Shown here: positions 39,501 to 49,885 of the stretch, one piece after another
Position numbering within the stretch: the first letter of the stretch is position 1
Layout: each line of letters starts with the position of its first letter
Assembly (NCBI GenBank): GCA_002633005.1
Contig: NMRA01000014.1
Location: 332,187 to 396,186 of the forward strand
Reading direction: 5' to 3'
DNA: 64,000 nt
From: Phoronis australis
Taxonomy: Eukaryota > Animalia > Phoronida
The notes under the pieces: model-generated
What the model saw: the letters and a program-made list of their open reading frames with translations, nothing else
What the model was told of the DNA's origin: nothing
Database searches by the model: none
Position numbers and translations under genes: made by a program

Positions 39501-42500
39501 GATTTTCATTGACCAATGGGGAGGTCCAGGCCTACTTTTCCGGCATACTCGGCGGGTTATTCTCAGTGCAAGAAAACACGGTAGCTAAAAGTCTGGTTTT
39601 TGAGCACGACAGGGTAATGAACTCACTGACTTTAGAACAGAAACGCTCACACCTGTACACGCATGAATGTCAATCCACCAATCCACAATCAAAGTGGACA
39701 CTGGATGAACAACATATTTGCATATTTGACGATCACTTTCAATTCCCCCACACTTCTACCGCGCGTAATTGCTTGCAATTAAACCAAAATGGCAGAATAA
39801 CAAATTTCAGTTTTCTGGTGTTTGGTTTCTTGGCCGAGTTTAAGGCATTCACGCCACACTATTTTTGGGGAGCTCTCTCCTTGTACATGTAGCTCACTTA
39901 GCTCGTAATGCTATACTTTTATGCTTACATGTATGTATAGTAATTCATTTCTAGACTCCCATGTTACCCTTTGGTGTAGCCACTACGCGCCTAGTTTATG
40001 AATAACATAAAGCCTCCTCTTATCGTATGCACGATCCTGTCATCTACACAAACAACCGCACTCGGGCGAATTCGGCCGAGTACAGCTCGATGCCACGTGA
40101 ACCCCCTGGCTGTAACTATATATTAATAATAAAAGTAAAAATGTGAAACATAAAGTAGAATCAGTATTAGATTCAACTTCAAATCAGTCACGAATTCCAA
40201 AAAGATTATACGCAGCGGTTGGATAACCCCTACCCCAATATGGATGCCCGAGGCCGTCGCCACGAGGACTGAATGCCATATATAACATCTATTAATAATT
40301 AATTTGAACGTGTTTTATATCCACTATGAAGACAAAAAGCGGACAGTTCCATTGCCTGCATAGCTGTGTCGTGCAAATGAAATGATCGCCAATCTAACTA
40401 ATCTGAAAAACTACCAGGACTCGTTATTCCCACAATTTTCCCCATCTGGCGTAGTTTGGGCGGTACTTCAGCATTGTCGGGGAAGATGTTGATACAGCTA
40501 CGTGCTGACGTCTTTGGTTTAGACGCATCTCTGGAGTTCTCTGTGGGCTCGGTTTATGAGAAAGATGTAGATTGTACAAAACTGATCAGCTTTCCCAAAT
40601 TTGCCATTAATCACTTTGTGAAATGATAAAAGCTGGCGCGCATACAGCAAAAGACGGCATTTCGATTATTCCTGGTTTTAGCAGTTGCATCAAATGACTC
40701 GTCCGAAGACAGAGGGAAGCTCACTGGTATAATAGAACAACGAAAAATCAAATTTCGTGCAAAAACAATGTGCCATCCCTCAAGGACGGATTGTAGGTTT
40801 TGTTTTTAATAGTGAATCAAATGGAGTATTCCGCTGTTGTGGCATAGACTTGCGAAGTCGCTCCAACCGCAGGCGCGATGTTTCTGGTTTTCATGTCTGA
40901 CGTAAACCTGCGGACAAAAATCTCTCACCTTGTGTGGTTACTTATGTCGTACGGACTCACTGGCTTCATTAAAAATCGAATTGCCTGGTTCTTCAATGTG
41001 ATGCTTATTCAACGTGAATGAGCTTATAATCAATTTTGTTTCCACTCTTCACAATTTATCTGACGGGGGCACCACACCGCTGAAATTGTATGGAATCTTA
41101 CTTTTGTGCCACGTGCGCTGCTGCTGAACATCAAGCAATTGGTTTCAAACGGTTACCTGGTGGGTTGGTCTAGCTCAATTCAGGTACTTCGGCGTGTCTG
41201 GCGGGATAACCCACCATTAGATTTGTCTTGCAGAATTTATTCTGATACCTGGGCTTACGACGAATATTTTGCAACTGGTTTCATGCTGTTACCTCTTGGG
41301 TTGATCTAGCTCAACTCAGGTATTTGGGCGTGTCTGGCGGGGCTAACCCACCACTATATTTGTCTGGCAGTATTTATTCGTCATACCTGGCTTGCGGTGA
41401 ATATTTTGCAACTGATTTCATACGGTTACCTCTTGGATTGATCTAGGTCAATTTTTACCTTGTTTATAACCGTCTGACTGATACTCCCAACACTGAAATT
41501 GTCTGGCAGTGACCAATTTTGATACAGTGAATTACATCGTAGGTATCGAAGGCAGTTTGAAGTGGTTACCAGAAAAGTTGATCTAGCTCAATTTTTGAGT
41601 GCCATTCTCTTGGCTCCCCTGACCAATCCCACCAGAGCGAACCTGCCAGACGGCCATCTCCAAGCATGAGGATACCCATAGACCACTCTGGTACCAAAGA
41701 AAATTGGTTACCTTTTCATGCCCAAAAAAGCTCTGGGATCCCGGTCTATTAGGTCAAGCGCTCAACTTTAAAACTCAATGCTTGGATTACTGACAAGTCC
41801 AGCATTTACTTTTCAAATCACGTTTGGAAATACGTAAAAATGCGCCAAAACAGCTGTCCCTTCCTGCTAATGGCTTCCTAATATTTTTTGGCACCAAAAG
41901 AGTTAGAATATTAAATTCAATGAAAAGCTATAATTATTACGCAGAAACGTCAGCTCTGAAACCAGGACTGCCCTAAACTGAGTAATGTCTAACTTGGCTT
42001 CACTCGCCGAAGGCACTGGTATGGGAGCTTCGAATTCGTTCACGAGTAGTTTGCCGACAACTCGTAGTCTGTTTCTCCGACCCATCTCCCTATCTGTCTT
42101 CCTAATACTCGTGAAGCTCACTCTCTTAGTCTTCGTTTCTTACTAAATCTCTGTTGTCCGCCGTTTAATAAGCTGTCAACTGATCAACGTCTTCCAGTGG
42201 TGAAATCACGTGACGGGACACCAAAAATGATTTATTTTCCTTCAAAATTCAACAGCCGGCAATTATTTCTCCAATCAAGTGAATCTTTAGTTAGAATTTA
42301 TGTTAAAAAATTATAGGCCTACACGGTTTAAAACCTTAAAAAGTCATGTGCAGGAACTCTTTAATGTTGACCTATTGGCATACATGCATGAATGTCATTA
42401 ACTTTTTCTGTTTTCCAGGTATGCTGATACTTCTCAGCTCCGTATGTCTACTGACTATTCCAATGTTTCCGTTATCAGCCACCACCAAATGGGGTATGCA

Positions 42501-42537
42501 TAAAATTCCACCACAGGACGAAGTTCTCGTACAGTAA
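27307..42537 (+). CDS. SLC16A: Monocarboxylate transporter family (MFS, SLC16/MCT) gene, 5 coding exons, about 429 aa
   Basis: join(27307-27505,30920-31063,32599-33375,33636-33686,42419-42537) = 1290 nt; all introns GT-AG, phase 1; motifs DKGWAWVV, FYFKK, GWRSAMLILG, GALIRP, SPPLAGWLYD. Confidence 0.92.
27965..29361 (+). mobile_element. Kolobok non-autonomous element with THAP relic (SLC16 intron 1)
   Basis: TTAA TSDs; TIRs AGGAGAATGCCACC / GGTGGCATTCTCTT; 28125-28457 encodes CIVLAC...FFRLPRE...RVCGRHF (THAP). Confidence 0.8.
30920..31063 (+). CDS. SLC16 coding exon 2
   Basis: ttccag|GTATA...ACTG|gtacgt; IFSSLLVSWFNFRWTVVIGGIL...TYGLITG. Confidence 0.92.
32599..33375 (+). CDS. SLC16 coding exon 3
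   Basis: tttgtag|GCGTT...GCCG|gtatg; overlaps the 273-aa ORF with multiple TM helices. Confidence 0.95.
33636..33686 (+). CDS. SLC16 coding exon 4
   Basis: ttccag|GATGG...TCCG|gtaagt; GWLYDMTLSYQYSFLLSG. Confidence 0.9.
34726..35900 (+). pseudogene. hAT (ZMYM1/PRKRIR-like) transposase relic, interrupted
   Basis: LCAKLQKRDAD...IQIPRQSRHQRHRTN (34726-34980) and the dimerisation domain DIFPNVRKLIWIA*VAPIRSCDAERLFSVLRRVKTH...RLSLMAMHY (about 35610-35810), with stops. Confidence 0.8.
36151..36872 (+). repeat. Dispersed copy of the foldback spacer plus inner right arm
   Basis: Aligns to about 7672-8388 (aagtgtttcgctggatttccaggtctgt...aagaataaaaaacc). Confidence 0.85.
41050..41600. repeat. Degenerate tandem repeat, unit about 140 bp
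   Basis: Recurring ggttacct...gg.ttgatctagctcaa...ttgtctggcag blocks, about 4 copies. Confidence 0.7.
42419..42537 (+). CDS. SLC16 last coding exon (TM12 + short tail)
   Basis: ttttccag|GTATG...CAGTAA; GMLILLSSVCLLTIPMF...DEVLVQ*, phase matches exon 4. Confidence 0.8.
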
Positions 42538-43379
42538 GAGAGGTTACATTTATCGCGAAGAACAATCGGTTATTTGCCCTTTTACCAGCCACGAGCCTGT
42601 CTTCAACTCAACCTTAGTAGTAAGCATGCTTTCGGCAACGTGAAGTTCAAAACAACAACATTTATTAAACACAGATTGTTCTTGGATGATCAGTTGGAGC
42701 CAAATTAAAGTCGTACCTCCATGTAAAAAGCCAGTGCGTATTTTAAGGGATAGGATTCGAGGGTATACCTGTGCAATGGAAAGATTTATAAGGAGGCTAA
42801 CTTTCCTGGGATTATGAGATCGTTTGGAAATGGTGTGTCTGAGGACTATGCTTTGTCGCAAGCCCAACCATCAGGTCGTGATCAAATCAATCCCTAGGCC
42901 ATGCTTCATTTCCACTGTTGAGTGTTTTTTCAATCACCATCAACCTGTTGCCACCAAGTTTACGTGCTTCCTTTCAATAATTGTGCGAACCAGACTCGAG
43001 ACCTTAAACTGATGCCCCGATTGGACATTGTACTTTGTTGATAGCGTGTGATGTGAACAGATATTTCGGTCTAGTGGTATTAAATTAAGAGCAGTCTTAA
43101 CAGGGATCAAACCGAAATGCGCAATAAGATACCAGCAGCTTGTAATTATTTTCCGCATTTCCGTTCCACTTTTGTGCAAACTCAAGATCAGTGTTGATAT
43201 CCTGTACTCAAGAATATCATAGATGATGCAAGTGAGTTTCTTATTTCCAGTCCATAATTTGCATTTGACGACCCTAGATTTGAACTAAAATGTCATTTCA
43301 AAATTCAAGATTTCGATTAAAAGTCGACATTTCGAGTTCAGACTCGCACTCGTACTTTTAGGGTACTTTTAGGATGGGT

Positions 43380-45290
43380 AATTAAGTGCAGACTACGATT
43401 AAGGATGGCCTCAAAGTACGGAACAATTAAGAAATAGATGGAGTCCTCAGATCAACGAAGAGATTAATATGAAAAGGAAAAAATGCCAAAAACAACAAAA
43501 ACCTACAAGAAAGTTTATATTGATCCAATATTTAGATAGAGCAAAGAAACACGAGTCACAACCTCAGAGCCATGCTATCAGCTATGGGGAAACAAGACCA
43601 ATTTTACATTAAAGGTGGCAACATCATTGAAAAGGTGGGAAGTTAGTGGTTAGAAGAGTGCTAGAACATAGATGGTGCTAATATCGGTTCAACAGGGAGA
43701 AATTTTAAAGAAGCAGCCATTCATAAATATGAGCTGGATATTCAGTGCTGTTGTGGGGCGTATGCGCAGGTAGGTACAGCCAACCACCTTTTGGTATTTA
43801 AACGTAGCACCTACGCACCGTAAATTACGTTCAATGCTCAAAGTGATACAGTGGGCTTTGGGCGCCTACTTATCTCTAATTTTACCAGTACAGCACTGTG
43901 GATATTGTTAGTATCGCCGAGTCGCTTCTTACAGGAGATGAATCGTGGCACATCCCCAGCTACAGAGGGTTTGGCACAACATGAAAAGCAAGCACAGGAA
44001 AGCAATTAGAGGCTCCAGTGGTGTTGGATTGCTTGTCAAGGATTGTCTTTTTGATATCTTTAACTTTCGTATCATTGACAACAGTGTGTAGGGGATCCTA
44101 TGGCTAAGGGCTACTCACCTTGTATCAAAAACGTTAACGAATTTTCGATAAATTACTGGAGAAAGTATACTTATTCCAGCAGGAGAGTGAGATATGGGTT
44201 TGTGGTGATTTTAATGCTGGATGTGAATAATTTGTTGACTTTATTTAAGGTCTTGATAGTGTTGGAGAACATGAGGTTATTGACCATGTCAAAAATGCGC
44301 ATGGTGCGCCACTGTTCCATTTTTGTGTGGATACCAATTTTGTTTTTTTGAAAGACAGAAACAACCTGCGTATCTGTTAGAGGGAGAGCGGTGGTCGATT
44401 ATTGTTTAGTTCCACGTGAGTTGTTTCAGTGGTTTCTCAGTGCTACGCAATACACAGTTATCTGATAAAATAAATTGGACTCCAGTGCCCGGTTGCATGA
44501 AACAGTCCCAAATAGGGATTCAACGAAGGTCCCTAAATCTACTGCTTGTTTGCGGACTTATGAAAACATCAATCGCCCTTTTTGTATTGTTTTAGTTTCA
44601 TTACTATGTCAACTTTTGACTTTGATACAAATCGAGTGTGAACTCTACGTTGAATTGTCAATATTATCAAAAATAATTTGGGATCTTTTTATGCAACACC
44701 CCCAATTTAAGGACTGAGTCCTATTTATTTTCAATGAACACTGGACTCAGTTTTTAGTTATATTATTAGAAAAGTTCATTAATCAAAGAGGAGCTCATAA
44801 TAAAGATGAAATGATAGAAAAATATTGCATCTGTGCGCCATAAAGACACAAATGTGCAAAAAGACTTAGTGACCTTAGTTGAGTCCCTATTTGGGACTGT
44901 TTCGTGCAACCGGTCAGAGGAGAAAAAGGTGTCTCAGGCCATTCTTTGATAGTATGGAAGTGCAATATTACTGAGGCACTGAGGCTGCAATCTGTTGGCG
45001 AGGAGAAGTCCTCAGGTAAAGACACCCATTTGGAGAAATCAGTAATTGATAGAGTAGCCCCTACTGGTTAAATGGTAGAGTCAGATATGAAGTTATTGTT
45101 AGACGAAGTTAGGTGTGTCTCTTATGACTCTTGCGACTCTGCTTATTCAGAATTTACTTTAATTATCATTTCTCGTGAGATGGGAGATAGTAAGAGCGCA
45201 GAAGTTTTAAACCCTGATGGAAAAAAACTTATTAATCAAATATCAGGTAGTAAGAAGGGCAGAGAGGTGGAGTCAAAAGGTGACATTTTC
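43380..45290 (+). mobile_element. Degenerate LINE 5' part (ORF1 end + APE endonuclease)
   Basis: YKKVYID; GSSGVGLLVKD...GILWL; CGDFNA; IDHVKNAHG; SVRGRAVVDYCLVP; SGHSLIVW resumes after the MITE. Confidence 0.7.
44486..44916. mobile_element. MITE with about 55-bp TIRs (PIF/Harbinger-like) inserted in the LINE
   Basis: GCCCGGTTGCATGAAACAGTCCCAAATAGGGA / TCCCTATTTGGGACTGTTTCGTGCAACCGGTC; imperfect 3-bp flanks CAG/GAG. Confidence 0.75.
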
Positions 45291-46230
45291 TGTCAATTTA
45301 TCGCTCATCATCCAACCGCCGTGTAAACACGTTATGTAGCACCCTCGGGACAACACTGAATAAAATAGCGAATTACCTACAAAACTATAGAATTTATCTC
45401 GGAAAAAGCATGCATTTTCTAATAATTATGTAGAATTTGATTTTTGCCTTCACACCAATCACGTAACCATGCCTTTTAAGTAAGAAAATAGGAACAATAC
45501 GGTTTCAATAACATGAGCAATTTCGAATGATAGAAATCATCAAAAAAATTCAGTTTTCTAAATTATCGTTTGGTTTTCATTTTAAAAACAGTATGTGTTA
45601 CAGGATGTTTGATAATAGCGCCACCTGTAAATTTCATGTGCACCAAACACGCCATTTCTCAGATATGATGTTCCAAACTTGGTTAACTTGACATTTTCAT
45701 AACTTTAGAAAGCCACATGTGTTTTACTGGTGTATAATGTGGTAACCTAGCTGTCAAGAGTGGTGGCCACATGAGTACATGACACAGAGGTCGCTTGCTC
45801 ATTTATTCGTGACTTTAGACTCTTGTCCCGGGATATTGAACCAAGAATGAAGTTCATTTATTGACCGAAAATGGCTCGACTTTAGGTATATGTTCAATCG
45901 AGAATATCCGACATGAAGACATTCAGAAATTGAGCAATTATCAACTAAGATCGAAGGCTAATTAATAATATTCTTGTATCTTCGGGAACTCTTTTCTTTA
46001 ACTTCTAAAATGTTGAAATCACCATGTTGTCATGAGAGTTATTTACTCATCATTTGAAGCCTGTCTTTGAACCCTGCCTTCCCCACTGTCTCGGCACATG
46101 AACGGAACCTGTCTAACTTTGAATTGAGTACATGCGACCTCACCTAGTGGTTTAGAATAAGGTACTGGTCACCAAGTATTAGTATACACGAATCACTCCA
46201 TTGAAACCAAAAATATACATGTATGTTCAG

Positions 46231-48528
46231 AAGGAGTTATGACCTGCATCCCTAAGGGAGCAGATGAAAGTAAACCTTTTTTGGAAAACTGGAGACACAT
46301 ATACTTACTCAATGTGACGTATAAATTGGCTTCTTCGGCTGTGGCTGAACGGTTGAAACCCGTTTTGGGAAAACTAATAAGTAAGGAAGGACCAGACAGG
46401 TTTCGTTTCTGGAAGAAATATGAACGAAAACATCCGCGTGCTACATGTATATGATTTAATATTTCATGCCCAGGCAGCTAACAAACCTGGATTGCTTTTA
46501 CTGATTGATTTTGAGAAAGCATTTGATTCATTGTCGTGGAATTTTATTCAAAAAACTTTATCTGTCCTTAATTTTAGTAGGTCTATCAGAAGGTGGGTGA
46601 GTCTTTTACACTAATATTGAGTCCTGTGTTGTCGTTAAGGGCCACCCATCTTCCTGGTTCAAAATTTCGCGTGTTTGCAGACAAGGTGACCCTCTATCTC
46701 CCTACATTTTCATATTGTGCGCGGAGATTTTGGCGTATTTAATTAAGAATGATAAAAATATTGCTGGCGTAGTTGCAGGAAATAAAGAATATTTGATTTC
46801 ACAATATGCGGACGACACGTCATTTACGTTGGATGTGTCGAATTTATCATTGTCAGTCTACCACATTGGATGTACTTCATTTGTTTGCTAGTGTCCCCGG
46901 TTTCCAAGTGAATGTGGATAAAACAAAAGCCATATGGTTTGGAAGTAAAACTGCTAGTGATGACGTGATTCCTACAAAGGAAAGTCTGTCTTGGACAAAA
47001 CAATCTTTTAGATTTTTGGGGATGGATTTTGGATAGTATGACGCATAAGAACTTCACTGCAAGAATAACTGAGATTAAGCTTTTATTTAAAAGTTGGAGT
47101 CGACGAAATTTAACGCCGTTTATTAGAATAACGGTAATTAAAACATTAGCTATTTCTGAACTTTAATTTTTCCGTCAAGTTTACCAAATCCACAAGTAAA
47201 TGTCTTGGATGAATTGAATATATTTTTTTTAGATTTGTATGGCAGGCTCGTAATGATAAAATAAAACAAACCACGGCCTATTTAGGACTTGGTCAAGGAA
47301 CCTCAAATAATCAATATGCATCCTTTCAGCAAAGCTTTAAAACTCGCTATAGCCCGTAGATATCTTGAAAGCCCTGCGTCTGAAAGCGGTTTATTGCATT
47401 TGTAGATGACTTCATTAAGTCGAAGTTAGCTCTAATTGGTAATTCCTACTGGCGTGAAGTATTTGGAAGTATGACATCTTTCTATAAGAAAATAATTGTT
47501 GCAAGTAAGGACTTTTTGAATCGACCTTTGTGGTTTAATAGTAGCTTGGCGATCGGAGGCACAAGTGGTTTGTAAAAGGCTTAAGATTTATTAGAGATAC
47601 ATGTATGTATACCTCTGATGGTGATTTCGTTAGTTAAGTTTGAACCACATGAAAAACAAGTTCGATGTTAAAACCATCTTTGTAGAATATAATGGTGTTG
47701 TTTCCGTTTTAAGAAGGTTTCAAAAGTCTATTTCAAAGTAAATTTAAAAGTTTAATGTTTACACTCCTTTTATGCCTTAGCAATCACTCACTTACGGAAA
47801 GATTTGTAGGGTTGTAGGCATATTTGTTCAGTCGTTAATGACGTTAAGAAACCTTCAGAGTGTAAATGGGAAATAGAGTTAGGACTGGATAGTTTAGACT
47901 GGAAGAAAATATACGCGCTGTCTTACGAAATTACAAAGGATCCCAACATTAGATGGTTCCAATTAAGAATAATACAAAGGATTATTGCAGCAAATACCTT
48001 TTTAGTCAAAATCCGTGATCGGGATTCTAATTTCTGTTCCTTTTGTAATAAAGCTCCAGAGACACTGTCACACCTTTTTTGGGAATGTCACATTGTACAA
48101 GATTTCTGGAAGGAATTCGGACAGCTAATGCAAAAGTGTCGCATTCAGCTTCCCAACAGTCTCTCTTAGGATCGAGTTGTTCCTGGACTTTACGAGAGGC
48201 ATGATTTTCTTTTTAACATTTTGCTTCTAATAAATAGCCAAACTGTACATTTACAAGGAGAGATTTCACAGGTTTATTACAAACACTTATGACCCAGTAC
48301 TACAATGCTGAAAAATTAATTGCATATACATGTAAAAACTTTGTATATGACAGTTTCTCTGCAAAATGGGAAAATTTCATTGTTCACGTTAACTGCATGT
48401 AGAAGTTATTTACTGTAAACGAGATACGAGAATGGTCTTTCCTGGGGTGTGCATGTGTGAATGAATGGATGTACTTATTTGTTTGTTTATTTTTGTACTG
48501 TTTTGTAAATGATAATAAATTCTTAAAG
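46231..48528 (+). mobile_element. 5'-truncated L1/Tx1-clade LINE (RT + Zn knuckle), pseudogenised
   Basis: ENWRHIYLLNVTYKL, LIDFEKAFDSLSW, RQGDPLSPYIFILCAEIL, SQYADDT, CSFCNKAPETLSHLFWEC; AATAAA 48514; TSD AAAATATATGTTCAG, the left copy carrying a CATGTA insert. Confidence 0.92.
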
Positions 48529-48927
48529 AAAATATATGTTCAGTTGAAAATCTGTATTTGAAATTGCTCTAGTCAGGGAGATAAAAAAATATAAAATAAC
48601 ACACAATTAAAGAGTATTTTCCACACCCGCTTTAAAATAACATCTCTCAAAACTAACACCCAGATCTCGGAGGTTAAGTTAAAAACTTTCACAATGCAGT
48701 ATAAGAAGTTCCTGTGCCATCTAACTCCTGACACTGCTGTCTAAAACTCACATGTAGTAATCCTGATACAACAAGGCACACAACTTTTCCAAGCCACACT
48801 CATAACCCAGGGTTTGAAAAGTGAACACCACAACGTGAACTCGCTCAACTCACCAAAGTACAGGGCATGTACATTCATCAAATGACCATATAATCTCCTA
48901 ATTGAAATAAAAATAGCACGAGTTTAA

Positions 48928-49432
48928 AGGCCCTTTCATATTGACTTAACTCCTGGTCTGAGCGGAGCGTCGACGTAAACATCGCAGTAAACTGGACCGT
49001 TTATATTGGCTTCGGTAGTTAATGACCATCCAAGTAAACAGTAGGTGACGCTGTCATCATCAAAGTTATCCCAAGGTAGTGCTGCATGCTAAGATTTTTT
49101 TTCAATGTTAGATTTGGAAACATTTACATGTGCTAAATGACATTAAACTTATTTTTAAATCGATTGGTAATTATTAAACCAAAATATAAACAGCTATTAG
49201 AGACGGCCCTACCCTGTAACTGTTGACCATAACAGTGGCACCTGGCAATAACTTCGATTGGACCAAAGTTAAGCGTTCATACTGCAACGCGTAGACCCTG
49301 CACTATTAAATCCATTTGTTAACTGCGATGTTAACTGGAGCTGTTAACTGCGATCCAGGACCGGAGTTAAGCGTTCATACTGACCGAAACTCCCCAAACC
49401 ATCGACGCGTCGGCGTTAGTATGAAAGGCCCT
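48928..49432. mobile_element. PIF/Harbinger-type MITE downstream of the A2M stop
   Basis: TAA TSD; TIRs AGGCCCTTTCATATTGAC / GTTAGTATGAAAGGCCCT; subterminal inverted ttaactcc.ggtc motifs. Confidence 0.75.
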
Positions 49433-49712
49433 TAAAACACCACCTAGTGTAAGATATTAAAAAAGAAAAGCAGTCTGTTTGCACTTGCTAGTTAATTCTT
49501 ATAAATGATACGATTGTCGCTTGCACTCAGTATCATGGGTTATTTGCATCTATATGCAAATAAGTGTTTACATAAAATCATTTGTATCAATCAAATTTGT
49601 CTTTAGTTGTTAAATTCTTTTGCAACTGGTCTAATTTCAGTTGCAGTTATATATCCTGTAATAGTAGATATAATATTCATTAGCAATAATTCCACTTATG
49701 GGAACCAATCCC

Positions 49713-49885
49713 CTATTTACAATTGCCTCGCTTAATGTGTTGCCTTATCAGTCGTTCAGTGTTAGAGCCAAGGCTTACAATCTGTGTTTTAGCATCCAGC
49801 GTCATGTGCACTGTATTTCCAGTGTCCGGTTTCGGGGTCAAAGGGTCATCAGAAGTTGTGATAGCAACGAACTTCTTGCCGCTTT
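49713..49885 (-). CDS. A2M-like terminal exon
   Basis: ttttcag|AAAGC; [14 protein letters not shown]...[10 protein letters not shown]. Confidence 0.75.

Noticed and set aside
40300-40620. Possible fourth THAP relic
   Set aside because: Needs several frameshifts and the CxxHF motif is not recoverable.
49826-49853. Minus-strand CTGATGA...GAAAC hammerhead-like core
   Set aside because: The intervening CCCTTTGACCCC cannot form stem II, and it lies in an A2M coding exon.
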